From Paraphysomonas bandaiensis (Eukaryota; Protista; Chrysophyceae): a stretch of 64,000 bases of DNA. Below the pieces are notes generated by a model. The model made no database searches and was not told the origin of the DNA. It worked only from the letters and a program-made list of their open reading frames with translations. Where the stretch lies: NCBI GenBank assembly GCA_965644295.1, contig CBFFRP010000380.1, positions 186,001 through 250,000 of the forward strand, in the 5' to 3' direction. Position 1 is the stretch's first letter. Each line of letters opens with the position of its first letter. This document shows positions 53,605 through 63,385 of the stretch, in pieces. Both the position numbers and the translations under genes were made by a program.

Positions 53605-54960
53605 ATGTCAGGATTACCAAAAAACGTATTATACACAAATAATATAAATTCAAGTTATGCGCGTAATTATCAGAATAATATAGCTCCACAAAATGGTTTG
53701 GGGCCATATGGTGCAGGAGAGACCATAATTATTAATGTTCCTACCGGTCGTAATCTCGTAATGTCGGGTGCTGATTCACTTTTAAAATTAAGCTTAATTG
53801 TTAATACAGAAGAAAGCAATCCCGCAACAACAGCGGAATACGTTAGACTGGATAAGGCGGGTATTCATTCCCTAATTTCTAGAGTGCGAGTATTTCATGG
53901 CTCTACTTTACTTTCAGATATTCAGAATTATAATAATCTAGTTGGTCAGTTAATGGCTTTGCAACAGTCCAACGACTCTTTTATTAACAAACACACAATT
54001 TTATCAGGAACGGAAAGTTTCAGTATTGTTAACAGCGCAACAAGCACAAACGAGGGTTTAATTGTTGGTGAAAGACTTAATGAATTTACACAAGTTGCGA
54101 ATGGGGGCAGTACAACTAAACGATATTATACAGTACCAATAATGAATTTTTTAAGCTACAGTGATAAATATATCCCACTGTTTGCAATGACCGGCGCGCC
54201 TTTACGTCTAGAAATAGTTCTGGTTAATAATCCATTAGAGGGCATTTGTTGCGATAAGGCCATAGATTCAATAGCTATTAATGACGTTGAATATGTTTGT
54301 AATTTTATGGAGTTATCAGATGACGCAATGAATAAAATTAATTTGGCATCAAATGGACCTTTAAGGTGGGTTGTACAAGATTACAGAAATTATTCACATA
54401 CTGGAAATATTGCCGCTAACGTTGAACTTAGTGTTCCCGTGCCCGCTAAATATAACTCTTTAAGATCTCTATTTTTCAGTATGCGCGATAAACACGCTGG
54501 AGCAGTCACATATTTCCCGTTGTCATCAAATCATTTCGGTCTAGAGTCATACAGTGTTAGATTGGGTAGTAAGACCGTACCAACTAAAGCACCTAGTTGC
54601 CTTCCTGAATTTTTCGGCGAATTGATCAGAGCAATTGGAAGCGTAAGCGATTTGAATCATGAACCAAGCATTAATATAAATACTTATGATATGCAAGCGT
54701 CAGATGCTAGTACCGAGACAGCAGCCGATTATGACGGGTGTTCAGCATCATCCAACTTTTACTTGGGTTTAGATCTAGAAAGTTACAGCAGCTCAGGCAT
54801 GGAAACAGTTTACCAGGGTTATAACAGTAGCACAGACGACATATTTTTTATGCCTCGTTTTTCCTCAAGTGCCCCTACTGTGACCGCACGCATAGATACA
54901 TACGCTTATTTTGATCAAGTCATTTTGATTGAAAACGGTTTTGCAACATTGCAATATTAA
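53605..54960 (+). CDS. Major capsid protein (double jelly-roll, PLV type)
   Basis: 451 aa, beta-rich; IAPQNG..GETIIINVP, GIHSLISRVRVFHGSTLLSDIQNYN, IPLFAM..LRLEI, FYLGLDLES and AYFDQVI near the C-terminus. Confidence 0.85.
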   Translation: MSGLPKNVLYTNNINSSYARNYQNNIAPQNGLGPYGAGETIIINVPTGRNLVMSGADSLLKLSLIVNTEESNPATTAEYVRLDKAGIHSLISRVRVFHGSTLLSDIQNYNNLVGQLMALQQSNDSFINKHTILSGTESFSIVNSATSTNEGLIVGERLNEFTQVANGGSTTKRYYTVPIMNFLSYSDKYIPLFAMTGAPLRLEIVLVNNPLEGICCDKAIDSIAINDVEYVCNFMELSDDAMNKINLASNGPLRWVVQDYRNYSHTGNIAANVELSVPVPAKYNSLRSLFFSMRDKHAGAVTYFPLSSNHFGLESYSVRLGSKTVPTKAPSCLPEFFGELIRAIGSVSDLNHEPSININTYDMQASDASTETAADYDGCSASSNFYLGLDLESYSSSGMETVYQGYNSSTDDIFFMPRFSSSAPTVTARIDTYAYFDQVILIENGFATLQY

Positions 54961-55043
54961 ATTTATAAAAAACCTTTAGATTTTTAAAAAAATAAAAAAT
55001 TAAAAAATTTATTATTTAAAAAATAATATATATTTGTATATTA

Positions 55044-56549
55044 ATGAGTACAAAAGAGAGTTTTGAAGAGTTTGATTTAGAACACCTTGATAACCTGACC
55101 TATGAACAGTCTAAAGCTTATGTAACAAATTATTTTTTCCCACTTACAAACGGCATGCATGCTTACAGATCAGGAATTAAAACATTTAGCATTATGAAAC
55201 ACCGCGAAATTAAAGAAACTTTTTTTAATAGAATGGATAGAAGAATAAGTAAATATTATTTCAATGAATTTAAAGGGCTTCGCACTGTTGTTTATGAACT
55301 GAATAAGCCTTTATTCCCTGATAAGAAGAAATTAAATTTATGTGCGCAGTATATGCACGACTATAAGCCATATGAAGAATTTGACAACAAGACTAAAGAA
55401 GGTGTTGAAGTATTTTTAACATACATAAAAGAAATTTTAGCCTCTAATAATGAGGATCAAAATGATTATTTATTAAAATGGTTTGCCAATATGATAAAAG
55501 GGAATAAAAACGAATCCATTTTATACCTTAAAGGACCTCAAGGCATAGGCAAGTCCACTATATCCCAATTTTTACATTCTTTCGTTCTTGGTCGTGATTT
55601 ATGTTTAGAAGCTGGCGCAGATGTACTGACCACACGATTTAATTCCGAATTGGCCGGGAAATTATTTGTATATTTTGAAGAAATTGAAAAGCTTACACGT
55701 GCAGATTGGGACGCCGTTAATACTAAATTAAAAAGATATACTACGAGCGACGTTTATATAATAGAATAAAAAGCATGAGTCAACGATATCAGGCTGCAGA
55801 ACCTTAATAATTATTTAATTAATTCAAATGTTGATAGTTTAAATGAAGAATGACGGCAGAACGTATATTTATATGTGATGTAAGTTGTAAAAAACGAAAT
55901 GACTGTACAATATTTTGGAAATGGCTACGAAATATATGCTTTAATAACGAGGTAGGACATGCTTTTTACTGTTATTTGATGGAATATAACACAGAAAAAT
56001 TTTATAGTCAAAACTTTCCAATCACACAAAATAAATTAGACGCATACTGCAAAGAGATTAGGAAGCGTTGAAATGTTTTTAAAGGATGAATTTGTATTAA
56101 AGAGATTGGATATAAATGATATACCTGTTAAAGAAATATTATAATCATTATATCCAGTATTGTGCACAAAATAATATTAAACCAGTTAAACATACAATTG
56201 ATTTTAATAAGGTCATGACGTGAATTAAATTTTATTCACAAACAAGAATAAAGATAGACGTAATGTATACAATATTTCATTAGAAGAATTAGATAAAGTC
56301 GCTGAATCTTTGCACTGGATCCACGAATTAGATGAGTATGACGATGTAGAGATTGAAGATAATACCAACACTATTAAAGGCGCTATTAAAAAACGTTGTA
56401 ATAAACAAAGCGATAAACAAAGCGATAAAACAGATGATGATACAGATACAGATGAAGATACAGATGAAGATGATGATGAAGATGAAACACCCCGTGTAAG
56501 TCAGAAGACAGTAAAGGATATAATGAAAACTTACGGAATAAATATTTAA
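55044..56549 (+). CDS. SF3 (D5/NrS-1-like) helicase, broken by clustered indels at ~55765-56250
   Basis: YLLKWFA, Walker A LKGPQGIGKST, FNSELAGKL, Walker B FVYFEE; downstream frames give INSN, DGR/RIFICDVS, VGHAFY and WIHELD. About 495 aa when joined. Confidence 0.8.
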
Positions 56550-56598
56550 AAAAATAAAAAATAATTTATTTAAAAAATTAATATATAAATATATATTA

Positions 56599-56853
56599 AT
56601 GAGAGATAAATTTATAGTAGAAGTATATGATAATAATAATAATCTGATTACATCACAAAACTTTACATCCTATAAGGCAATAGCTCAGGAATACGATATA
56701 CAATATTCAGAAGCTAGGAAACTTAACGCTTTATGTGAGTCACGTACAACATGTAAATACTTACATCCATCATTAAAGCGACTGATTAACAGAATAAAAA
56801 TTTATGATATTAATAATATAGATAGTTATAATATTAAAAAAATAAAAATTTAA
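56599..56853 (+). CDS. Small putative DNA-binding protein (NUMOD1/HTH-like)
   Basis: VEVYDNNNNLI..FTSYKAIAQEYDI pattern; shares the upstream motif of the replication genes. Confidence 0.5.
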   Translation: MRDKFIVEVYDNNNNLITSQNFTSYKAIAQEYDIQYSEARKLNALCESRTTCKYLHPSLKRLINRIKIYDINNIDSYNIKKIKI

Positions 56854-56885
56854 TTATTTAAAAAATTAATATATAGTTTATATTA

Positions 56886-57218
56886 ATGGACAAATATAAA
56901 TATGAAAAGATTGATGAGAAGGACTTTGAAAACTCAGTTGAAATTACGATTAGATTCAGACACAGAAAGAAAGGCAAAGAATTAGACGTTCCCGATATGT
57001 ACTTTTTACATGATATGATTGAGGAAAACTTACCCGAAGATGCCAATACAATGGTTAGAGCGTTAAATGGTCATAGATACTTTACATTTAAAGGGTATAA
57101 CAGCTATAATATAAGGGTTCAGGATTTTGAAAATTATTATAAAGGCACAGTTGAGGAAATGGATAAATTTGAGAAGTTTGAATTTATTGATATATCGGTG
57201 TTCATGTCTACGACATGA
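56886..57218 (+). CDS. PLV hypothetical protein
   Basis: 110-aa ORF with the shared upstream motif. Confidence 0.7.
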   Translation: MDKYKYEKIDEKDFENSVEITIRFRHRKKGKELDVPDMYFLHDMIEENLPEDANTMVRALNGHRYFTFKGYNSYNIRVQDFENYYKGTVEEMDKFEKFEFIDISVFMSTT

Positions 57219-57309
57219 TCCATACGTAAAACTCCTGTTTTCATGGAAAAATAAATAATTAAAAAATTAAAAAATTAAATATTTAAAAAATAATATATAG
57301 TATATATTA

Positions 57310-58539
57310 ATGAGCTATATATTATTTTGTCGTTTGCTTTCCGGTTTTAGAATATTTGACCCAATCGCTAAAGAATTTAAGACCATAAATAAATATCCTA
57401 GTGAACATCACAGCTTTGAATTGATGAAAGGATATAAACCAACTGACGAAGACTTAAAAAGATATGCAGAGGATTTTAAAAAGTGGTGCGATGAACTAAA
57501 GGACCCTGAAAATTTTCTTACTATAGACTATTCTAATTATGTTTCTCATTCATACGCAGTGAGAAATACATATAAACGCATGAAAACGAATAAGTTCAAA
57601 GATGTAAAGGAAATAACATTTAGTAAAATACTTAAAACAGAACACCATTATTTTTCAATGTGTAATAATGGTCCTTTAATGTACTGTGAGAAATATGAGG
57701 GGCCAAGTTATGGATATGATTATAAACAGTATTACCCAACTATTTTAGCTGCTAAAACTTTTCAAGTACCCACTAAAAAAGGTAAAGCTATGGCCCTTGA
57801 TACAGAAAAAATAATTTCTGATGGTGAAAATTTGCCATATGGTTTTTATTTCGTCGGAATCACGTCTAAGAATCCAAACGCTAAAAAGATATTTTCATTC
57901 TCAAAAAAAGATTTATATACCCATTATTCTGTTCAATTCGCATGGAAATATAAAGACACGTTTAATTTTGAGTTTGAATTTTATGATAAAGATCAAAATA
58001 ATTGCTATGTATATGATGAGGCAGATTTAGTACCTGGGTCGCTTGTTTTTGGTAATTGGAAAAATAAGCTGACTAAATTACGTAAAAAATACCCTAAAAA
58101 CAAATTATTAAAACACTTATTAAGCTCTGCTTGGGGTCAATTTACCGGCTATAAAGCCATATATAAAACATATTCAGACATAAAAAAAGAGGGTTTAGAT
58201 GTAGGACCAACACTAAAAAGTGATTATGTGGTATTAGATCATCATAAAACACCTACAGAAGATTATTATAAACTATATTCAGCTAAAGACCCCTATAAAA
58301 TGGGGGAAGCGCGTATAAAATCGTTTATGTCATCGTTCGCACGTATTAGAATAGCTGAAACGGCAATATATGGCGGTATAGATGACGTAATAAGAATACA
58401 CACGGACAATGTTACATTTAAATGTAACAAAGATGAAAAAATGAAAAATAGGAAAATAGAACCTGAACCTGATACAACAGGTTATTTAAGATGGGAAAGT
58501 GTTATTAAGAAACCTATTAGGCTCGGAGAGATTGATTAA
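57310..58539 (+). CDS. Short divergent family B DNA polymerase (palm/fingers only)
   Basis: Motif A YGYDYKQYYPTIL, motif B KHLLSSAWGQF, motif C VIRIHTDNVTF; 409 aa; no recognisable Exo I/II/III motifs. Confidence 0.78.
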   Translation: MSYILFCRLLSGFRIFDPIAKEFKTINKYPSEHHSFELMKGYKPTDEDLKRYAEDFKKWCDELKDPENFLTIDYSNYVSHSYAVRNTYKRMKTNKFKDVKEITFSKILKTEHHYFSMCNNGPLMYCEKYEGPSYGYDYKQYYPTILAAKTFQVPTKKGKAMALDTEKIISDGENLPYGFYFVGITSKNPNAKKIFSFSKKDLYTHYSVQFAWKYKDTFNFEFEFYDKDQNNCYVYDEADLVPGSLVFGNWKNKLTKLRKKYPKNKLLKHLLSSAWGQFTGYKAIYKTYSDIKKEGLDVGPTLKSDYVVLDHHKTPTEDYYKLYSAKDPYKMGEARIKSFMSSFARIRIAETAIYGGIDDVIRIHTDNVTFKCNKDEKMKNRKIEPEPDTTGYLRWESVIKKPIRLGEID

Positions 58540-59378
58540 GCTTTAATCAGTTCATCCGCTGAGTAGGAAGCATTCTTAATACCAGACACCATATAACGGT
58601 ATAATACTTTACCACTATATATTAATATCTGTTCTATTTCCCTAACTTTAGAATCATAACGATAATCTCCAGTTCTAAACTTACCAGATTGAACCTTATT
58701 TAATGCATCTTTAGGTTTATCTAGTATAACATGGACTTTATCACCGATTTTAAATTTAGGTTTTATTAATTTGCCTTTCTTTGTTGTTGTAGGCAATTCA
58801 TATTTATCGGGGTTTAGTTTCTTTCTACGGGACTTATTCAATAATATACGTATTTCGTCAATATGATCTGTCCACTGTTTATAAGGCTTTCCTGTTTCCT
58901 CCTCATATTTATTTGCTATTCCATTAAACAAGCTGTTTAATTGATTAATTAAATTATCTATTGGTGCCATCTGCTTATGTCTGCCTGGTACTGTTACTTT
59001 ATGATAAATACTATCTTCATATAACCATTTCTTAAATATACCTCGGAACTCTGTACCTGCGTCAGTTGTTAAAGAGTATTTCGGTTTATCAAGATACTCA
59101 CGCTTAAACATCTTTTTTATTGCCTTATGTGTTGTATCCGCGTCCTTATGTTTCATAGGCTCCATATCAAACTCATTATTAGCTAAATCAAGACATACTA
59201 AAAGATATTTATACCCAAATTTAGCAGTAGGCAAATACATGATATCGGCCATATAATTATAATGCTCGTGTTGTGGTACATTATCCCTAAAATTACTATG
59301 TTTCTTTTTTTTCTTTGGTACTGATGTTAATTTTTCATTAATACCAAGTTGTTTTTTAATATCTGCTAATGTTGACAT
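58536..59378 (-). CDS. Retroviral-type (rve) integrase
   Basis: YMADIMYLP, YKYLLVCLD, TTDAGTEF, RHKQMAPIDN; Polinton-like C-terminal KFKIGDKV. Its stop overlaps the PolB stop (TTAA). Confidence 0.88.
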   Translation of the reverse strand: MSTLADIKKQLGINEKLTSVPKKKKKHSNFRDNVPQHEHYNYMADIMYLPTAKFGYKYLLVCLDLANNEFDMEPMKHKDADTTHKAIKKMFKREYLDKPKYSLTTDAGTEFRGIFKKWLYEDSIYHKVTVPGRHKQMAPIDNLINQLNSLFNGIANKYEEETGKPYKQWTDHIDEIRILLNKSRRKKLNPDKYELPTTTKKGKLIKPKFKIGDKVHVILDKPKDALNKVQSGKFRTGDYRYDSKVREIEQILIYSGKVLYRYMVSGIKNASYSADELIKA

Positions 59379-59435
59379 ATATATATTATATTGCTATTAA
59401 AATTAATGGAATAATAATTTTTATACAATGTTTTA

Positions 59436-59903
59436 TTATTCGGCTTGTGATCTCATCAACACACATTTTGAAAAAAAACGGAATAGCTTTTTAATATTTC
59501 TCTTAATAAATTTATTCTGTTTCAATCTGGGCATTAAAACAGGTATAGATAATTCTACTAATGTTTCATCATCATTAAAGTATTCTTTTACACATTCTAT
59601 TACGACCTGTTGTTTATATTCGCCTGCGCCCTTTTCTAATATATAGTTTTCTACACATTGCATTACAAATAACATAATACTATAGCTATATTTATAAGTA
59701 TCTTTATCAAATAATGCTAAAACACTTTTAATTTTATTAATAAATTCAGTTTGTGAATTATTCATTTTAATATCATATATTTTTTCTCTTAATCCTTCTA
59801 ATTCAGATGTTAAAATAAAATCTTGGTTCTTTGGTAGTTCGCTAATAATCCATTCATTTTGTTTTTGCTCTTCAGTTTCTACTGCTCGTTTTCTGCGTGA
59901 CAT
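59436..59903 (-). CDS. PLV hypothetical helical protein
   Basis: 155-aa ORF with tatatATG start context. Confidence 0.7.
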   Translation of the reverse strand: MSRRKRAVETEEQKQNEWIISELPKNQDFILTSELEGLREKIYDIKMNNSQTEFINKIKSVLALFDKDTYKYSYSIMLFVMQCVENYILEKGAGEYKQQVVIECVKEYFNDDETLVELSIPVLMPRLKQNKFIKRNIKKLFRFFSKCVLMRSQAE

Positions 59904-59922
59904 ATATAATAAGAATATATTT

Positions 59923-61008
59923 TTATTTTCTCTTTTTGTTTCTCTTTTTCTTTGGTGTTATTGGTTGTGGTTCTTCCTCTGGTTGTGGCTCTGGTTTATA
60001 AAATATTTTTTTAATAAGTGAGTTTTTAGTTGAATTACCTTTAATACTTATACCTAAACTTTTAGCATATTTCTTTACTTCATCAAGTTCCATATTATTT
60101 AAATCATCTTTAGTTAGTGTTGTTTGTTCTTCCTTGGTTTCTTCTTCCTCGTAATCGTCAGGTAATTCTTCTACTCTGGGTTCATCTTCTGCATCATTAT
60201 TATCTACATTATCATTCCACTCAGATTTAGCAACATCTACATTATCTTCCTCATGAAATAAATTAACCTCTACAGGTTTTTCATTCTTTATTAATGGCTC
60301 TTTATGTTCTCCTGCACTTGATAAACTGGGCTGTTCTTTAGGTTCACTCTTATATTCACTACTTGCTAAAGGTGTACTAGCTGAAAAATCACCTATGCCA
60401 TCATGTCTACCAATCTCAACTATTTTCGCTTTATTTACTGACCCTTTAGGACGTCCTACAGGTTTAGGAGTCTTTGGCCGTGCAATATCTCCAATTGTAA
60501 ATGAACCGTTCTTATGTTGTTTAAATGATCGTTTGCCTTCTTGTATATCGTCGCCCAATCGTTCTGCGATAGAGTGAAAAGTAGATTTATGCTTTTTCTC
60601 AGGTTCTTTATTATTATCTCCTAATCCTATTAATCTATTATTCACTTTATTTAATTCGCCTCGTAATGTGTCTACTTCTCGTGTTAATGCATTTCTAGCG
60701 CCTGTGTTGTTCATTTTATTTAATTCGCCTCGTAATGTGTCTACTTCTCGTGTTAATACACTTGCTCCAGTATTGGGGAAAACACTAGCACTTGTGTTAG
60801 AGATCGGTACACCTGCGTTTGTAAAACGTGAGGCTGTAACATGGTCACGCATATTGGGATTATGTTTTATTGGGTCAAAAGCCGCAGCAGTATTATTAGC
60901 CTTCGTCGCTTTCTTCTTCGCTTTCTTTTTCTTTCTCTTTGCTTTCTTCTTATCTTCTTTTATCAGTTTTTTAATATCATCTAATGTTAATTTGAATTCT
61001 TTCACCAT
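59923..61008 (-). CDS. Lys-rich protein with AT-hook, internal repeat and HeH/Rho-N-like C-terminus
   Basis: KPVGRPKGS; LTREVDTLRGELNK twice; DLNNMELDEVKKYAKSLGI..KNSLIKKI. Confidence 0.7.
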   Translation of the reverse strand: MVKEFKLTLDDIKKLIKEDKKKAKRKKKKAKKKATKANNTAAAFDPIKHNPNMRDHVTASRFTNAGVPISNTSASVFPNTGASVLTREVDTLRGELNKMNNTGARNALTREVDTLRGELNKVNNRLIGLGDNNKEPEKKHKSTFHSIAERLGDDIQEGKRSFKQHKNGSFTIGDIARPKTPKPVGRPKGSVNKAKIVEIGRHDGIGDFSASTPLASSEYKSEPKEQPSLSSAGEHKEPLIKNEKPVEVNLFHEEDNVDVAKSEWNDNVDNNDAEDEPRVEELPDDYEEEETKEEQTTLTKDDLNNMELDEVKKYAKSLGISIKGNSTKNSLIKKIFYKPEPQPEEEPQPITPKKKRNKKRK

Positions 61009-61046
61009 TATTATAATATAACAAAATAAAATAATAATAATAATAA

Positions 61047-61592
61047 TTAATAAAAATAGTCATGTGGATTAAATGCGGGTTGTTGTCTCACTTGTTGCTT
61101 TTGCTTTTGTTTACGCATATGAATATATTGAATTTCATCCTCTGACTCATCGCTTTCTGTATCGCTCTCTGTCTCACTTTCTGACTCATATATAATTCTT
61201 TTTATTGGTTTCTTCTTTGGTTTCTTTTTCTTCTTTTTATAAATAACTTCCTCTTCTTCGCTCTCTGTCTCACTCTCATATTCATCCTCCTCCTCGCTCT
61301 CACTTTCCTCCACTACAGGCTTTTTATTCTTCTTCTTTTCCTCTTGTTTTTTTGCCCATATCTCCGCTAATCTTTCCTCCTTCTCTCTCTTTTTCTCTTC
61401 CAATTTCTCCTTTCTCTTTAATTGTGCCTTCTCAAATGCTTTTTTTTGTGCTTCTGATCGCACTTTACGCCTATTTGGTTTTTCAACTGGTTCTTTCTTA
61501 GGACGTCCAACCTTCTTTTTTGTTAATGGTGCTTCATCCTCACTAGTCTTAATATTATCTATATCGGATTCGTAAACGTCTTTTTCTTCCAT
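61047..61592 (-). CDS. Low-complexity Lys/Glu protein with AT-hook
   Basis: KKKVGRPKK; alternating basic and acidic (ESESE) tracts; divergent from the ATPase. Confidence 0.7.
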   Translation of the reverse strand: MEEKDVYESDIDNIKTSEDEAPLTKKKVGRPKKEPVEKPNRRKVRSEAQKKAFEKAQLKRKEKLEEKKREKEERLAEIWAKKQEEKKKNKKPVVEESESEEEDEYESETESEEEEVIYKKKKKKPKKKPIKRIIYESESETESDTESDESEDEIQYIHMRKQKQKQQVRQQPAFNPHDYFY

Positions 61593-61643
61593 GCTTATAT
61601 ATATAAATATAGAAAAAAATATTTTTTTATAGTATATTATTAT

Positions 61644-62396
61644 ATGCCAAGCAAAAAGAAAAATAAATATAATATAGTTGAAATTAATAATGATTTACCA
61701 GAGACAGAGCCGATTAAAGAACATTTCGGTGTATATATAGACGATATAAATCCAAATTTGCCACGGAGGAACGGGACTATATGGGCTATATGTGGTAAAG
61801 GTGGATCGGGTAAGACATCATTATTTTTAAGTTTGTTTAAATCCAAGAAGTTATTAAGGGCAAAATTTGACGAAGTGCATTATATAGTAAATTCTACTTC
61901 ATTTAATTCGGCCAAAAGCAATCCATTTAAAGACCATGAAAATATACACCATGAATTAACACCTGACCTATTACACGATATTCATGAGGATGCCTTACAA
62001 CGTCGCGAAGAATGTATAGAAATGAATGTAGAATGTGAACATACTTGTATTGTAATTGATGATTTCGGAGCTATGTTAAAGGAATATGAAATAGAACACG
62101 CATTAAAGAAAATCATGAATGTCGCCAGACATGCAAATTTATACATAGTGTTTATTGTACAGACCTTTAGAATGATACCAATGGAATTAAGACGTATTTT
62201 AACACATGTATCACTTTTTAAACCAAATCCTGAGGAATGGAGTATAATAAAGCAAGAAATGATTATAGATAATCCTGATAAGTTGGAAGCTATATATAAG
62301 TATGTTTTTAGTCAGCCTTATAATCACCTAGACTTATATTTAAAGGAAAATGAGATACGAAAAAATTTTAAATTATTACAAATTGATAGTATATAA
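61644..62396 (+). CDS. A32-like FtsK/HerA DNA packaging ATPase
   Basis: Walker A ICGKGGSGKT, Walker B CIVIDD, ARH arginine finger, FIVQ, ELRR. Confidence 0.9.
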   Translation: MPSKKKNKYNIVEINNDLPETEPIKEHFGVYIDDINPNLPRRNGTIWAICGKGGSGKTSLFLSLFKSKKLLRAKFDEVHYIVNSTSFNSAKSNPFKDHENIHHELTPDLLHDIHEDALQRREECIEMNVECEHTCIVIDDFGAMLKEYEIEHALKKIMNVARHANLYIVFIVQTFRMIPMELRRILTHVSLFKPNPEEWSIIKQEMIIDNPDKLEAIYKYVFSQPYNHLDLYLKENEIRKNFKLLQIDSI

Positions 62397-62414
62397 TATC
62401 TGTTCTAATAATAT

Positions 62415-63356
62415 ATGAAAGACTTTTATACAGATGAAACTTTTACTTATGTGATTGATACAAATAATATGGTATGGGGCGGTGATAATGCTGACTGTGA
62501 AATTCCAATGTTAGGCGTGTTACCGTCAGACGTTGAATATTTTATATGCTGCCCTATATTCTTTAATTCGTCCAGTCTTGTGTTATCACATCCTCCATCG
62601 TCAGCTATAGTTTTAGAGGCCAAAGATTTTATTGAAACAGGATTTAGTACACATAATAACAGCTCATATAAAGCTATTACACCTCCTATATATGCAGCTA
62701 ATACAAATCACGGCACAGGATTATTTAATAATTTAAGTAATATGGTATATGTTGTAAAAAACTTTAATAATAAGACCATACGTTTTACAATGCGTAATTG
62801 TGAAGGATTTGAACAGGATGTAATAGCTAATGGCGGATATAAAAAACACTGGACTTTAACATTAAGCTTAACTCCTATTAGGGATAAGGTTCCAAGATAT
62901 ATAAAAAATAATAGTTCATTTACATATACAATTACAAATGTAAATGCTGTGGGTAGTGCTAATGATTGTTATATTACTTTACCAACGATTAATGATAATT
63001 ACAATAGCTATTTTGTAGATGTTGTCAACTTTAAAATAAATGCTGACTCTTTAACGACTGGTCAGGATAGATATATTAATTTATATGCTTTTAACTGGGC
63101 TGAAAATGGGTATAGTGGTTATTATAAATATACTGACAGGATGTTAATCGCTGCACCATATATAAAAGCTACAGGTAACCCTAATTATTTTGCTGGTAAT
63201 GGATCAGTATTTAAAATATCCAATATGAAACAACAGAGATATATACGGTTTAAAATGTATTATCCTTATATAGGTAGTGAAGTCCCGAGCGGACATATTG
63301 ATAATGGCGAAACAACATATTATTATATAACGTGTATTATTAGGGGAATAAATTAA
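62415..63356 (+). CDS. Protein with two tandem beta-rich penton-like domains
   Basis: FTYVIDT..ADCEI and FTYTITN..NDCYI repeats, each closing with KN....IRF.M and an aromatic final strand. Confidence 0.7.
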   Translation: MKDFYTDETFTYVIDTNNMVWGGDNADCEIPMLGVLPSDVEYFICCPIFFNSSSLVLSHPPSSAIVLEAKDFIETGFSTHNNSSYKAITPPIYAANTNHGTGLFNNLSNMVYVVKNFNNKTIRFTMRNCEGFEQDVIANGGYKKHWTLTLSLTPIRDKVPRYIKNNSSFTYTITNVNAVGSANDCYITLPTINDNYNSYFVDVVNFKINADSLTTGQDRYINLYAFNWAENGYSGYYKYTDRMLIAAPYIKATGNPNYFAGNGSVFKISNMKQQRYIRFKMYYPYIGSEVPSGHIDNGETTYYYITCIIRGIN

Positions 63357-63385
63357 TTTTATTTTCTATAATAATTATATATATA

